From the NCBI GenBank assembly GCA_016874535.1, contig VGUA01000001.1, forward strand, positions 41,188 to 105,187: a stretch of DNA of 64,000 bases. Direction: 5' to 3'. The notes beneath the pieces are model-generated. The model saw nothing but the letters and a program-made list of their open reading frames with translations. It was not told the DNA's origin and made no database searches. Shown piece by piece: positions 38,356 through 50,597 of the stretch. Source of the DNA: Gammaproteobacteria bacterium (GTDB taxonomy: Bacteria; Pseudomonadota; Gammaproteobacteria; Ga0077536). Made by a program: the position numbers and the translations under genes. Every line of letters begins with the position of its first letter. Position 1 is the stretch's first letter.

Positions 38356-38832
38356 ATGAAAGGCGACCCTCAGGTCATCACGCACCTGCAGGCCCAGCTC
38401 AAGAACGAGCTCACGGCCATCAACCAGTATTTTCTGCATTACCGCATCCTGAAGCATTGGGGCCTCGACAAGCTCGCCAAGAAGGAACACGAGGAGTCCA
38501 TGGGCGAGATGCGGCATGCCGACAAGCTCATGGACCGTATCCTCATGCTGGACGGGCTGCCTAACTTGCAGGATCTCGGCAAGCTCGCCATCGGCGAAGA
38601 CGTGCAGGAAATCCTGACTTGCGATCTGTCTGCCGAGCGCACGGCCCAGGCGACCATCAAGGAAGGTATCGCGCACTGCGAAAGCGCGCGTGACTACGTC
38701 TCACGGGATCTGCTGCTCGAGATCCTCAACGACACCGAGGAGCACATCGACTTCCTCGAAACACAGCTCGAACTCGTGGCCAAGGTTGGCCTGCAGAATT
38801 ACCACCAGAGCATGATGGGCGAGATGGCCTGA
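38356..38832 (+). CDS. bfr: bacterioferritin
   Basis: 158 aa from MKGDPQVITHLQ, with the ferroxidase-centre residues and haem-ligand Met52 (EESMGEMRHADKL). RBS GGAAGG. Confidence 0.9.
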   Translation: MKGDPQVITHLQAQLKNELTAINQYFLHYRILKHWGLDKLAKKEHEESMGEMRHADKLMDRILMLDGLPNLQDLGKLAIGEDVQEILTCDLSAERTAQATIKEGIAHCESARDYVSRDLLLEILNDTEEHIDFLETQLELVAKVGLQNYHQSMMGEMA

Positions 38833-38856
38833 AGCGCTCAGAGAGGAATCAGACCC

Positions 38857-39264
38857 ATGCCACTGAACATCAAGAAAGGCATCAAGCAACTGGTCGCCGA
38901 GGCCAATGCAGAAATCGAAACCTTGACCGTCGACCAAGCCAAGACGCTACACGGCCGTGACGATGTGACCTTCATAGACTTGCGGGATCCGCGCGAACTC
39001 TGGCGCGATGGCGGTGTGCCGGACGCGGTCAATGTGACGCGCGGGATGCTGGAATTCTGGATCGATCCGGAGAGCCCCTACTACAAGGAGTTCTTCGCCT
39101 CCGGCAACAAATTCGTGTTCTTTTGCGCGGGCGGCATGCGCTCGGCGCTCGCCGCCAAGACCGCCCAGGACATGGGGCTCACGCCGGTGTGCCACATCGA
39201 AGGTGGCTTCGGCGCCTGGAAGAAGTCCGGCGCGCCCGTGGTTCCGGTCGAACCGAAATCCTGA
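38857..39264 (+). CDS. rhodanese-domain sulfurtransferase
   Basis: Single rhodanese domain with the active-site Cys loop FFCAGGMRS. Confidence 0.8.
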   Translation: MPLNIKKGIKQLVAEANAEIETLTVDQAKTLHGRDDVTFIDLRDPRELWRDGGVPDAVNVTRGMLEFWIDPESPYYKEFFASGNKFVFFCAGGMRSALAAKTAQDMGLTPVCHIEGGFGAWKKSGAPVVPVEPKS

Positions 39265-39305
39265 GTCTCTCTGTGAACGCGCGGCGTCACTGGGCGCCGC
39301 GCCGC

Positions 39306-40799
39306 TCAGCGCTTGGCGAAGATGTAGTTGTTCATGCTCACCAAGTGACTGCGCAGCCACATCCCTAACTGGGTTGCCGGCCGGATGAGGGGCACGTCCC
39401 CATGCTTGTCGTAGTAATACGAGCGCGATGAAGCGCAGTTGCCAAAGAACATCACCTGATTCCGGCGACGTTTCATCACATGCTCGAAGTCGTCCTCGAA
39501 CGCCTGTTGCTTCACTTCGATGAAATTGGCGTTCTGCTCTCGCGCGGCCCGCAGGCAGCGACTCATGTGCCGTACCTGGGTGTCGATCATCCCGAACCAT
39601 GACGCACTGGCCGCTGAATACGGCCCGAAGATCATGAAGTAATTGGGATAGCCCGGCACCGTGATCCCCTGGAAGGCGCGAAAGCGGTTCTCGTTCCAGT
39701 AGTCACCAATCTCGACGCCGTTCAGTCCGTAAGTGCTGAAAGCCGGCACGATGCCCTTCTCAAACACGCTATAGCCGGTGGCGCAGATGAGCACATCGAT
39801 GGGACGCTCGACGCCTCCTGCCACCACCCCGCCCGGCGTGATCCGCTCAATGGCCTCCGTTACCAGGGTCACATCCGGCCGGTTGAACACCGGGAAGTAG
39901 ACATTGGAGAAGCTCGGCCGCTTGCAGAAGAAGCTGTACTTGGGTGTGAGCTTCTGCTGCAGCACAGGGTCATGCACCTGTTTGCGGATATGCTCCACGC
40001 CGAGCTTCTCCAGCCAGCGGAAGATCCACGGTACCTGGCGGAAGTGGGAGAAGCCAATCCCGAACAGAATCTCGTTAAGCGTGTGTGTGACAAGGCGCGT
40101 CGCGCGCTGCGCCAGCGGGAAGCGGCGAAACAACTGCCTCACCCGCTCGCTCATCGCGAAATCGGGCTTGGGCAGCAACCAGATGGCCGTGCGCTGGTAG
40201 ACATCCAGATGTTCAACCTTCTCCACAATCTCGGGGATCACCTGGATGGCCGTGGCGCCCGTGCCGATGACTGCAACCCGCTTGCCTGTGAGGTCGAAGC
40301 CGTGGTCCCAGTGGCCGGTATGCATGACCTTGCCTGCGAAGGATTCCACGCCCGCGATATCCGGCAGCTTCGGCGGACCGAACAGCCCGGTGGCGCTCAC
40401 ATAATAACGCGCGGTGTGCGTGGCGCCCGAGTCGAGCTTCAGGGTCCACAGATTGTCCTCTGCGCAATAGCGCGCTTCCTGCACCCGTTGACCGTAGCGC
40501 AGGTGTGGCAGCACGCCATATTTGCCCGCGCAGTGATCCGCATAAGCCTTCACCTCGCTCCCCGGAGCATAAAGCCTGGACCAGTCGGGATTCGGTTCAA
40601 AGCCGTAGGAATAGGAGGTGGAGGCCACGTCCACCGTGAGCCCGGGGTAGGTGTTGTCGCGCCAGGTACCGCCGAGGTCATCCGCTGCTTCCAGGATCAC
40701 GAAATCGTGGATGCCGATGCGCTTGAGCTCGATGCCGGCGCCCAGCCCGGAGAACCCGGCGCCCACGATGATCACTTCAAAATCCGGTCGCTGCGCCAT
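39306..40799 (-). CDS. flavin-containing / Baeyer-Villiger-type monooxygenase (EthA-like)
   Basis: Two Rossmann motifs (IIVGAGFSG, VIGTGATA) and the BVMO fingerprint FAGKVMHTGHWD. Start taken at MAQRPDFEV (ATG 40799). The 62-aa upstream extension in the ORF track has no homology. Confidence 0.8.
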   Translation of the reverse strand: MAQRPDFEVIIVGAGFSGLGAGIELKRIGIHDFVILEAADDLGGTWRDNTYPGLTVDVASTSYSYGFEPNPDWSRLYAPGSEVKAYADHCAGKYGVLPHLRYGQRVQEARYCAEDNLWTLKLDSGATHTARYYVSATGLFGPPKLPDIAGVESFAGKVMHTGHWDHGFDLTGKRVAVIGTGATAIQVIPEIVEKVEHLDVYQRTAIWLLPKPDFAMSERVRQLFRRFPLAQRATRLVTHTLNEILFGIGFSHFRQVPWIFRWLEKLGVEHIRKQVHDPVLQQKLTPKYSFFCKRPSFSNVYFPVFNRPDVTLVTEAIERITPGGVVAGGVERPIDVLICATGYSVFEKGIVPAFSTYGLNGVEIGDYWNENRFRAFQGITVPGYPNYFMIFGPYSAASASWFGMIDTQVRHMSRCLRAAREQNANFIEVKQQAFEDDFEHVMKRRRNQVMFFGNCASSRSYYYDKHGDVPLIRPATQLGMWLRSHLVSMNNYIFAKR

Positions 40800-40924
40800 G
40801 TGCGGAAAACCCCAAGCCCTGCTGAACACTGGCCCGGAGTATAGGCAAGGTACAAGCCTTTTTCGACGCAGAGTCGTAGCGTAGTCAGCGGGCCCACGAC
40901 GGATGCGACACGCAGTCGCCCGCT

Positions 40925-40930
40925 TATAAT
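40925..40930 (+). promoter_or_regulatory. Candidate -10 hexamer TATAAT inside the inverted repeat CCGCT-TATAATG-AGCGG, 48 nt upstream of the acyl-CoA dehydrogenase ATG
   Basis: Perfect TATAAT in a divergent intergenic region. The flanking 5-bp inverted repeat could be an operator. No clear -35 element. Confidence 0.25.
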
Positions 40931-40978
40931 GAGCGGCTGAAAACACGCACGAATACCCACTGATCCGGAGCACCGCGC

Positions 40979-42184
<1,206 letters not shown>

Positions 42185-42334
42185 GCCCCCCGCTCTCCGG
42201 GGTGCCTCATGCCGAGGCGCCCCGGCCCGTCATTTATTCATCATCAAATCTTCATGTGACCTTCACGGTCACGTCACGGCCGATGCGGTGGCGTGGGCGC
42301 GCACCGGTAAGGACGTTGCCTGAGAGACTTCGGG

Positions 42335-42772
42335 GTGGCGCAGCCGCGTTTGGTGTTGGACACGAATCTGGTGCTTTCGGCACTGGTGTGCAGTTCCGAG
42401 CGCGCGGCGCGCTGGCGGATGATGTGGCAACGCAGGCTCATCCTGCCCTTGGTATCGCAGGCCACTGCCGCGGAGCTCATGCGGGCTTTGGCGTATCCCA
42501 AGTTCAAGCTCGGCAGCGCGGAGCAGGAGGAATTGCTGGCCGACTATCTGCCCAGCTGTGAGGTGGTGTCTGTGCCGCAGCCGCCCCCGGTCACGCCACC
42601 CTGCAGAGATCCAGCCGATACCGCATTTCTGATCCTGGCGTTGGCCGGGAAGGCAGATGCAATCGTCACCGGTGACAAGGACTGGCTTGCCTTGGCTGGT
42701 ATTTTCGCATGCCCAATCTTGACCACCGAGGCGGGCCTGCAGGTCTCCGAAAAATGGGTGACAGTTACCTGA
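42335..42772 (+). CDS. PIN-domain protein (putative TA-system toxin, TIGR00305-like), orphan
   Basis: LVLDTNLVLSAL... and DPADTAFLILALAGKADAIVTGDKDW match the PIN acidic-residue pattern. GTG start. No antitoxin ORF is evident upstream. The stop codon lies inside repeat copy 1. Confidence 0.6.
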   Translation: MAQPRLVLDTNLVLSALVCSSERAARWRMMWQRRLILPLVSQATAAELMRALAYPKFKLGSAEQEELLADYLPSCEVVSVPQPPPVTPPCRDPADTAFLILALAGKADAIVTGDKDWLALAGIFACPILTTEAGLQVSEKWVTVT

Positions 42773-42818
42773 TTTCTGGAAATAGGGTAACTGTCACTAA
42801 TTTATGTCACCAATTTAT
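42754..42818. repeat. Palindromic repeat family, copy 1 (GGGTGACAGTTACCTGATTTCTGGAAATAGGGTAACTGTCACTAATTTATGTCACCAATTT)
   Basis: Imperfect palindrome of the GGTGACAGTTACCC...GGGTAACTGTCACC unit plus an extra GTCACCAATT half-site. It lies between the convergent PIN gene and amidase 3' ends. Confidence 0.85.
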
Positions 42819-44212
42819 CTGGGGTGCTGGCGGTGCCAGTGGGTCGCCCGCTGGAAGGCCCAGCCCGCGCGGACCAGCAGCGATTCTTCGAAGTTGGGCG
42901 CCACGAACTGAATGGCGACTGGAATGCCTTCCGGGTTCACGCCACCCGGCAGGGTGAGTGTGGGGCTGCCAGAGGAATCAAACGGGCAGGTGTAGCGCAG
43001 CGCGCCCGCAAGCAGGGCGGCATCTTCGCCCAAGGTCGCCATCATCGCGTGCGTGGGAGCCGCAAAAGGCATGGCCGGGATGAGTAACAGATCGACGTCC
43101 TGCCACAGCGCATTCACGCGCCCGGTGAAGTCCGCTCGCCGCAGCGCGAGACGCTGGTAGTCCATCGCACTCATCGACCGCCCGAGCTCGATGAGCCCAC
43201 TCAATCCCGGACCATATTCCGCCTTGCGCGCAGGAAAGGTGTCTGCATGCGCCACTGCGGTTTCCACTGCACACAACGGCACCCAATCCGCAACGGTCTG
43301 CGTGGTGTCCGGCATGGAGATGTCCTTCAGCTCCGCGCCCAATGACTGCACAACCTGCATCGCCTCCAGCAAGGCCTTGCGCGTGGGCTCATCCACAAAA
43401 TCCACGGTCCACGCACGAGCGACACCCACGCGCAAACCCTTGAGGCCCCGGGTCATCAGCGAGAGATAGTCTGGCACGGGGATTTGTGACGCGGTGGGAT
43501 CAAGCACATCAGCGCCAGCGATGGCGGCGAGCATCGCCCCGGCGTCCGCGGCGCTGCGCGTCATTGGGCCAATGTGATCGAGTGATGCGGCAAGTTCGAA
43601 CGCCCCATAGCGGCTCACGCGCCCCCAGGTAGGCTTGAGTCCGGTGATGCCGTTCGCTGCGGAAGGAAAGCGGATGGAGCCGCCCGTGTCCGTGCCGAGC
43701 GACCCAAAGCAGAGTCCGGCGGCCGTGGCCACGCCCGAACCACTGGAAGACGCACCGGACCACAGGCCCTGGCCCCACGGGTTGCGCGGCGCTTTCACCT
43801 GCGGGTGATGATCCGCAAAGGCGCCTTCCGTCTGCTGCAGCTTGCCGAGGATGACCGCGCCCGCCTCACGCAGGCGGCGCACGGTGGTCGCATCTTCCTT
43901 GGGCCGAAAATCCTTGTGGATAGGCATGCCGTGACCAGTTGGCACGCCGGCCGTCCACAGCAAATCCTTGACCGCCACCGGCACGCCATGCAGCGGGCCG
44001 CGCGCGTTGCCTGCCGCCATCTCCTGATCCGCGCGCCGCGCATCCGAAAGGGCTTGTTCTGCCATGAGGGTGACGAAGCTGCCGAGCGCCGGCTCTTTCT
44101 CTTCGATGCGTGCGAGCTGGGCCTTGGTAACTTCCTCCGAAGAGATCGCGCGGGTCTGGATCAATCGACCCACTTCCAGCAGTTCAAGGTAATGAAGATC
44201 TGAATCAGCCAT
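42815..44212 (-). CDS. amidase (amidase-signature family)
   Basis: 465 aa with the AS signature GGSSGGS-like region (GASSSGSGVATAAGLCFGSLGTDTGGSIRFPSA) and catalytic Lys (VKDL). Confidence 0.85.
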   Translation of the reverse strand: MADSDLHYLELLEVGRLIQTRAISSEEVTKAQLARIEEKEPALGSFVTLMAEQALSDARRADQEMAAGNARGPLHGVPVAVKDLLWTAGVPTGHGMPIHKDFRPKEDATTVRRLREAGAVILGKLQQTEGAFADHHPQVKAPRNPWGQGLWSGASSSGSGVATAAGLCFGSLGTDTGGSIRFPSAANGITGLKPTWGRVSRYGAFELAASLDHIGPMTRSAADAGAMLAAIAGADVLDPTASQIPVPDYLSLMTRGLKGLRVGVARAWTVDFVDEPTRKALLEAMQVVQSLGAELKDISMPDTTQTVADWVPLCAVETAVAHADTFPARKAEYGPGLSGLIELGRSMSAMDYQRLALRRADFTGRVNALWQDVDLLLIPAMPFAAPTHAMMATLGEDAALLAGALRYTCPFDSSGSPTLTLPGGVNPEGIPVAIQFVAPNFEESLLVRAGWAFQRATHWHRQHPR

Positions 44213-44482
44213 CTCGCCCTCCGGCAGGTTTTGGGTGTAGGTGGCGCCAAGCAGCGCCAGTGAAATACTCGCTGTTATTCGTATGGTGGCTGCAATATAC
44301 CTGCTGCGTCTGCCGTTCAGGTGTAAGTCACAATCGCGTAACGGATGTTTGAAGTGTGACCAAGGCTACGGGCTGCCGTCCATCGGCGCGAGGCCTGTTC
44401 GGCTCGCGCTGAACGACAAGCACAGGCGATGGGTTACGTTCCATCAGCGCCGGGAGCATCAAGTCCGCGTCTGACCAAAAGC

Positions 44483-44992
44483 TCATGCAAACGGACTGCT
44501 CTCGTCCTCCGCGCGCTCCGCCTTCCGCCAGGACAAACGCGGCCGCCACACGCCCACCACGATGTTTGCGACAGACAAGGCCACGATCATCCACACGCCT
44601 GCGCGCTCATGCCGCAGCAGCTCTGCAAGCGCAGCGGGATCTCCCTTACCCGACAAAGCCGTCGCCGCAAGCTCGGCGCCCCGTCGTGCGTTGGACTGCA
44701 CTGCGAGCAGCGTCCCCTCAAACATCGCAAGCCCCATCAGCGCCTTGAGCCACGGCCAGCCGAGGTTCATGAATGGACGATGCACGGCGATGGATAAGAG
44801 CCCACTCACCAATGCGAGCAGCAGCGAGGGCAAGATGAGCCATTCGGCGACGAGATGGATGCCCCGACGGATGGCGGCGAATTCGGCAGGCGATTCGCCG
44901 GGTGCCAGCATAGCGAGCACCAGATAGGTCGCCAGCCCTCCTAGCAGGCCGGCGCTCGCGACCAGATGCAGGAACTTGAGGGTTTTCTTCAT
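44483..44992 (-). CDS. small integral membrane protein (4 TM), unknown function
   Basis: 169 aa from MKKTLKF. Hydrophobic helices. It is downstream of, and likely co-transcribed with, the amidohydrolase gene. Confidence 0.5.
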   Translation of the reverse strand: MKKTLKFLHLVASAGLLGGLATYLVLAMLAPGESPAEFAAIRRGIHLVAEWLILPSLLLALVSGLLSIAVHRPFMNLGWPWLKALMGLAMFEGTLLAVQSNARRGAELAATALSGKGDPAALAELLRHERAGVWMIVALSVANIVVGVWRPRLSWRKAERAEDESSPFA

Positions 44993-45015
44993 GCAACGAG
45001 TGCTCCACTCCGCGC

Positions 45016-46698
45016 TCAAGCTGAGCCGTGCACAACCACTCCGTCAAGCATCGTCATCTCCACCTTGAGATCCTTGATGGCCTCCTCGGCACAGGTCATG
45101 GGGTCGCCCTCCAGCATCACCATGTCCGCGCGCTTGCCGGGTTCCAGCGAACCTATCTCATGCTCCATCCGCAGCGCCCATGCGCCATTCCAGGTGAAAC
45201 AGCGCAGTGCCTCTTCCCGGGTGATGCGCTGCTCCGGCCCAATCATCTCGCCCGTAAGTCCCGCCTGTCTTGCAAGGGATTGCCAGACGGTGAAGAGACC
45301 TTCGTGCGGTCCCCAGTCCGTGCTCTGCGAGACGGGCACGCCTCCATCCAGCCAGTCGCGCAGTGGAATGGCGACCTTGGCATACGCGTCGCCGAGGCGT
45401 CGTTTGTAGACCTCCTCGCCCTTGCCCCAGATGAAGTTGGTGCTGGTGGTAGGCGCCACACCCAGCCGGGCGCACAGCGCAATCTGCTCGCGGGTAGGGA
45501 ACTCGCAATGCTCCAGCACATAGCGCTTGTCGCGCACGGGCGTTTCCCGATTGATCTCTTCAAACGCCGCGAGTGCGATGCCGATGGAGCCGCGCCCCGC
45601 CGCCTCGGCGTGAATGCGGAAATTCAGCCTTGCAGCGAGACGAAGGATCTCCAGGTAGTGCTCGCGGGGAATGAGCGGTCCGGGATTCACGATATCGCCG
45701 AATGGGCCGGGATAAGGGGCGTCGTTGCAGGCCGCACCATGCCAGTAAGGCCCATCCAGACCCACCGAGCATCCAATCACCTTGAGCTGCGCATTGCCAA
45801 AGCCCCCGTTTGCGGCAAAGCGGATGGTCTTGAGATACGCCTCGATCTCACTCAGCGACTGCCGGCCATCAATCTCGAAAGTGTAGAACACGCGTACCGG
45901 CAGCCTGCCTTCGCCCAACAGCTCTGCATAGGCACGCAGCTCCTGCGGATCTGTGAGGTGCGCTTCCAGCAGGGTGGTGGTGCCGTGCGCCGCAAACTTG
46001 GGCGCGAGCAGGGCAATGCCTTCCCGCACATCCTCATAAGTAATCTGCGGAGCTGCGCGCTCCACGCATTGATAGAGCGGATCCAGGTTGTAGATGGGCT
46101 GCATTGCGCCCTGGACGATGCCAGTGGGACGGCCATTGGTATCGAGCTCCACCTGCGTATGTGGCGAGAGCGCACAACCAGCGCCTATGCCGGCCGCACG
46201 CATGGCGGCGCTGTTCAGCACGGCGAAATTCGGCACCCGGTTGGTGGGCGCCTGGATGTAGACGGGATGATCAGGTGCCAGCGCATCCAGTTCGGCGAGG
46301 TTTGGCACCGCCCCCGCAGCGCGCAGCGCCTCGGCATTGAGAAAGTAGGGCGGATCACCGATGGGCATGGCAACCACCCACGATCCTTTTGGCGTGGCGG
46401 CTATACGTTTCTGCAAACGGCCCAGTATCTCCGCGCGACTGGTGGCGCCTGTGAGCGAAACCTTGTGCTCATCCAGACCAAACAGCGCCACGTGGCCATG
46501 GGTATCGACAAAACCCGGGATGAGGGTACGCCCTGCGAGATCCACCTCGCGCGCGCCGGGGCCCTTGAAGCGCCGGATCTCCTGCGTGCTCCCCACGGCG
46601 AGAATCCGATCCCCCTGCACTGCCAGTGCCTCGGCGCGGCTGAACTGCCGGTCCACCGTCAGCACATTGCCGTTCACGAAAAGCGTTACCCCGGTCAT
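45016..46698 (-). CDS. amidohydrolase-3 family metal-dependent hydrolase (NfdA/YtcJ-like)
   Basis: 560 aa. The N-terminus VNGNVLTVD...ILAVG and the metal-binding PGFVDTHGH plus distal His/Asp motifs are typical of the Amidohydro_3 family. Confidence 0.8.
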   Translation of the reverse strand: MTGVTLFVNGNVLTVDRQFSRAEALAVQGDRILAVGSTQEIRRFKGPGAREVDLAGRTLIPGFVDTHGHVALFGLDEHKVSLTGATSRAEILGRLQKRIAATPKGSWVVAMPIGDPPYFLNAEALRAAGAVPNLAELDALAPDHPVYIQAPTNRVPNFAVLNSAAMRAAGIGAGCALSPHTQVELDTNGRPTGIVQGAMQPIYNLDPLYQCVERAAPQITYEDVREGIALLAPKFAAHGTTTLLEAHLTDPQELRAYAELLGEGRLPVRVFYTFEIDGRQSLSEIEAYLKTIRFAANGGFGNAQLKVIGCSVGLDGPYWHGAACNDAPYPGPFGDIVNPGPLIPREHYLEILRLAARLNFRIHAEAAGRGSIGIALAAFEEINRETPVRDKRYVLEHCEFPTREQIALCARLGVAPTTSTNFIWGKGEEVYKRRLGDAYAKVAIPLRDWLDGGVPVSQSTDWGPHEGLFTVWQSLARQAGLTGEMIGPEQRITREEALRCFTWNGAWALRMEHEIGSLEPGKRADMVMLEGDPMTCAEEAIKDLKVEMTMLDGVVVHGSA

Positions 46699-46829
46699 CG
46701 AGCCCCCTGTTCAAGAACGCCGACATTGGTGGCCAGAGCATACCCCCGGCCAGCAACCAACCGCCATTGCAAAAGACTTGAAGCGACGCAGCGTGGCCAT
46801 TAGTCTCCAAGGCTCTCCACCACGGTGCG

Positions 46830-48151
<1,322 letters not shown>

Positions 48152-48184
48152 GGGCTCGGTTGCCCGTGCACAGGAATCACTGAG

Positions 48185-49018
48185 ATGCCTCTGGTAGCCG
48201 CCATGCTTGTGCCGGGATCGCCGCTGCCCATGCTGCGACCGGACAATCCGCCTTGGCAGCCTTTGGTCCAAGGCTTTGCGCAGGCACGCGAAAGACTCGC
48301 GGCAAGCCAGCCCGAAGTGCTGCTGCTCTATTCCACGCAATGGATCGCGGTGCTCGATCAACTCTGGCAGACCCGCGCGCATCTCCAGGGGCTGCATGTG
48401 GACGAGAACTGGTATGAGTTTGGCGATCTGCCGTTTGATCTCCGGGTGGATACCGCGCTGGCGGAGGCCTGCGTGGAGGGCACTCGCGCGCTGGGCGTGA
48501 ACGCCAAGGGCGTGGACTACGACGGCTTTCCGCTCGATACCGGCACCATCGTGGCCTGTCGCATGCTCGATCCGGAAGGGCGACTCCCCATCGTGCTTGC
48601 GGCCAACAATCTCTATCACGACTGGGCCCAGACCAAGCGGTTGGGAGCGATGGCTGCAGAGCAGGCAGAACGGGCAGGCAAGCGCTATGCGGTGATCGGT
48701 ATCGGTGGCCTGTCCGGCACGGTATTCCGGCACGAGATAAGCATCGAGGATGACCACTTCGCAACGCCGGCGGACGATGCACTCAACCAGCAGTTGTTTG
48801 CGGCACTCGCGCGCGGCAATGAATCGGGTCTGGAGGCAGAGTGTGCTGCTTATGCCGGCGCGGCGCGGGCGGACATGGGCCTCAAGCATCTGGCCTTTGT
48901 GCTCGGTGCGATGGGCAATCGCGGATTTGGCACCGAAGTGCTGGGCTATGGACCGGTGTGGGGCAGTGGAGCCGCGGTGATCGACTTCACGGGGGCGGGC
49001 CTTGCTCAAGGAATATGA
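48185..49018 (+). CDS. LigB-like paralogue lacking metal ligands (non-catalytic alpha-type subunit)
   Basis: 277 aa. Clear paralogue of the upstream gene, but the His motifs are replaced (MLVPGSPLP, LLLYSTQW). This matches the AmnA/CnbCa-type alpha subunits. RBS AGGAA. Confidence 0.65.
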   Translation: MPLVAAMLVPGSPLPMLRPDNPPWQPLVQGFAQARERLAASQPEVLLLYSTQWIAVLDQLWQTRAHLQGLHVDENWYEFGDLPFDLRVDTALAEACVEGTRALGVNAKGVDYDGFPLDTGTIVACRMLDPEGRLPIVLAANNLYHDWAQTKRLGAMAAEQAERAGKRYAVIGIGGLSGTVFRHEISIEDDHFATPADDALNQQLFAALARGNESGLEAECAAYAGAARADMGLKHLAFVLGAMGNRGFGTEVLGYGPVWGSGAAVIDFTGAGLAQGI

Positions 49019-50405
49019 AGATCTCGATGCAATAGGACTGACCGAGTGGATACGCTCGGGTGAGGTGAGCGCGGCGGAAGTGCTGGAAGAAGCGATCCGG
49101 CGCGCGGAGGCGGCCAATGTCTCGCTCAATTTCATCGCCCACCGCGCCTATGACGAGGCGCGCAAGCGTGTAGGCGATGGCACTTTGCCACGCGGTCCGC
49201 TGCACGGCGTGCCGTGGTTGGTGAAGGAGCTCGCCACGCTCTGGCAAGGCCAACCTTTCACCAACGCCCTGCCGTGGATGCGCGGGGTGGTGGCGCCCTG
49301 CGATTCTGAAATCCTCTCCCGGCTCAAGCATGCAGGCATGGTGCCGTTCGCCAAATCCACCGCACCCGAAAACGGCTGGATGCTGGCAACAGAGTCATCT
49401 CTGCACGGCATCACCCGCAATCCTTTCAATCTGGACAGAACACCCGGCGGATCGAGCGGCGGCTCTGCCGCAGCGGTTGCGGCGCGCGTGGTGCCGATGG
49501 CGGAAGCCTCGGACGCCGGGGGATCGATTCGGGGGCCCGCTGCAAACTGCGGCCTGGTTGGCCTCAAACCCGCGCGCGGACGCGTGAGCTTGGCGCCCGC
49601 CCTGGGTGATTTCTGGCATGGCGGCGCAACGATTCTTGGCGTTACCCGCACCGTGCGCGACACCGCCCTACTGCTGGATGTGACACAAGGGCAGTTGCCC
49701 GGAGATCCTTACCAGTTGCCGCCTCCTGCGCGGCCCTATCTCGAAGAAGTCGGGATCCCGCCGGGCAAGCTGCGCATCGCCATCGTCACGAATACGCCCG
49801 CGGGTGGCACGCCACTCGATCCACAAATCGCTGCGGCCGTTGTGGCCACCGGTGCCTTGCTGGAAAGTCTGGGTCACCTGGTGGAGCCGCAGGTGGTGCC
49901 GTATGACTATCCGCGTCTGCTGGAGACCTATACCGCCATCGCCGCCACGGAGACAGCGGCTTTCTTCGAGGCCGTCATTCCCATGGTCGGAAGATCTGCG
50001 GAGCGCGCGGACATGGCGCCGATGTACTGGTCCATGTGTGAGAAGGGTCGGGCCACCACCGGCGTACAGCACGCGGCGAATATCGAAGCCATGCGGCAGA
50101 TCGCGCGCGACATCATGGGCCGCATGAACACCTACGATGCGTGGTTGATGCCTGTGCTACCGATGCTGCCGCGTGCGCACGGCTATTACGACATGTCCCG
50201 CGACGTGGACTATTACAACCGCGAGCTGCTGGGGCCGGACTGCTGCTACACGATGCCCTTCAACGTGAGCGGCGCACCGGCCATCGCCATGCCCGCCGGC
50301 TTCTCACGCGACGGGCTGCCGATAGGCGTTCAATTCGTGGGCCGGGATTGTGACGAAGCCACCCTCATCCGGCTGGCCGCGCAGCTCGAGCGCGCCCGGC
50401 AATAG
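49002..50405 (+). CDS. amidase (amidase-signature family)
   Basis: 467 aa with GGSSGGSAAAVAARVVPMAEASDAGGSIRGPA and the catalytic Lys in LVKEL. Overlaps the preceding gene by 17 nt (same operon). Confidence 0.85.
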   Translation: MLKEYEDLDAIGLTEWIRSGEVSAAEVLEEAIRRAEAANVSLNFIAHRAYDEARKRVGDGTLPRGPLHGVPWLVKELATLWQGQPFTNALPWMRGVVAPCDSEILSRLKHAGMVPFAKSTAPENGWMLATESSLHGITRNPFNLDRTPGGSSGGSAAAVAARVVPMAEASDAGGSIRGPAANCGLVGLKPARGRVSLAPALGDFWHGGATILGVTRTVRDTALLLDVTQGQLPGDPYQLPPPARPYLEEVGIPPGKLRIAIVTNTPAGGTPLDPQIAAAVVATGALLESLGHLVEPQVVPYDYPRLLETYTAIAATETAAFFEAVIPMVGRSAERADMAPMYWSMCEKGRATTGVQHAANIEAMRQIARDIMGRMNTYDAWLMPVLPMLPRAHGYYDMSRDVDYYNRELLGPDCCYTMPFNVSGAPAIAMPAGFSRDGLPIGVQFVGRDCDEATLIRLAAQLERARQ

Positions 50406-50410
50406 GAAAA

Positions 50411-50576
50411 TTGGTGGGAAATTGGTGACAGTTACCCCATTTCGGAATTCGTGACAGTTACCTCATTTCGGAATTCGTGACAGTTACCTCATTTCCGCAA
50501 ATAGGGTGACTGTCACGGTATGTACGTCACGGTACCGCCACTGGCTGGGGAAATAGGGTAACTGTCACCCATTTCC
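50411..50576. repeat. Palindromic repeat family, copy 2 (compound: three tandem 27-30-bp half-units GTGACAGTTACCYCATTTCGGAATTC plus inverted half-units)
   Basis: TTGGTGACAGTTACCCCATTTCGGAATTC, GTGACAGTTACCTCATTTCGGAATTC, GTGACAGTTACCTCATTTCCGCAAATAGGGTGACTGTCAC ... GGAAATAGGGTAACTGTCACCC. It is directly followed by the AAGGAG RBS of the hydantoinase-like gene. Confidence 0.85.
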
Positions 50577-50597
50577 CAAGCCTAAGGAGTCACGACC

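Noticed and set aside
39279-39302. GC hairpin (GCGCGGCG-loop-CGCCGCGC) between the rhodanese and monooxygenase 3' ends as a terminator
   Set aside because: It has no U-tract on either strand and an 8-nt loop. It may still pause transcription, but the evidence is insufficient.
50421-50516. Three tandem 27-30-bp direct repeats (possible mini CRISPR array)
   Set aside because: The units are contiguous with no unique spacers, belong to the wider palindromic repeat family, and no cas genes are nearby.
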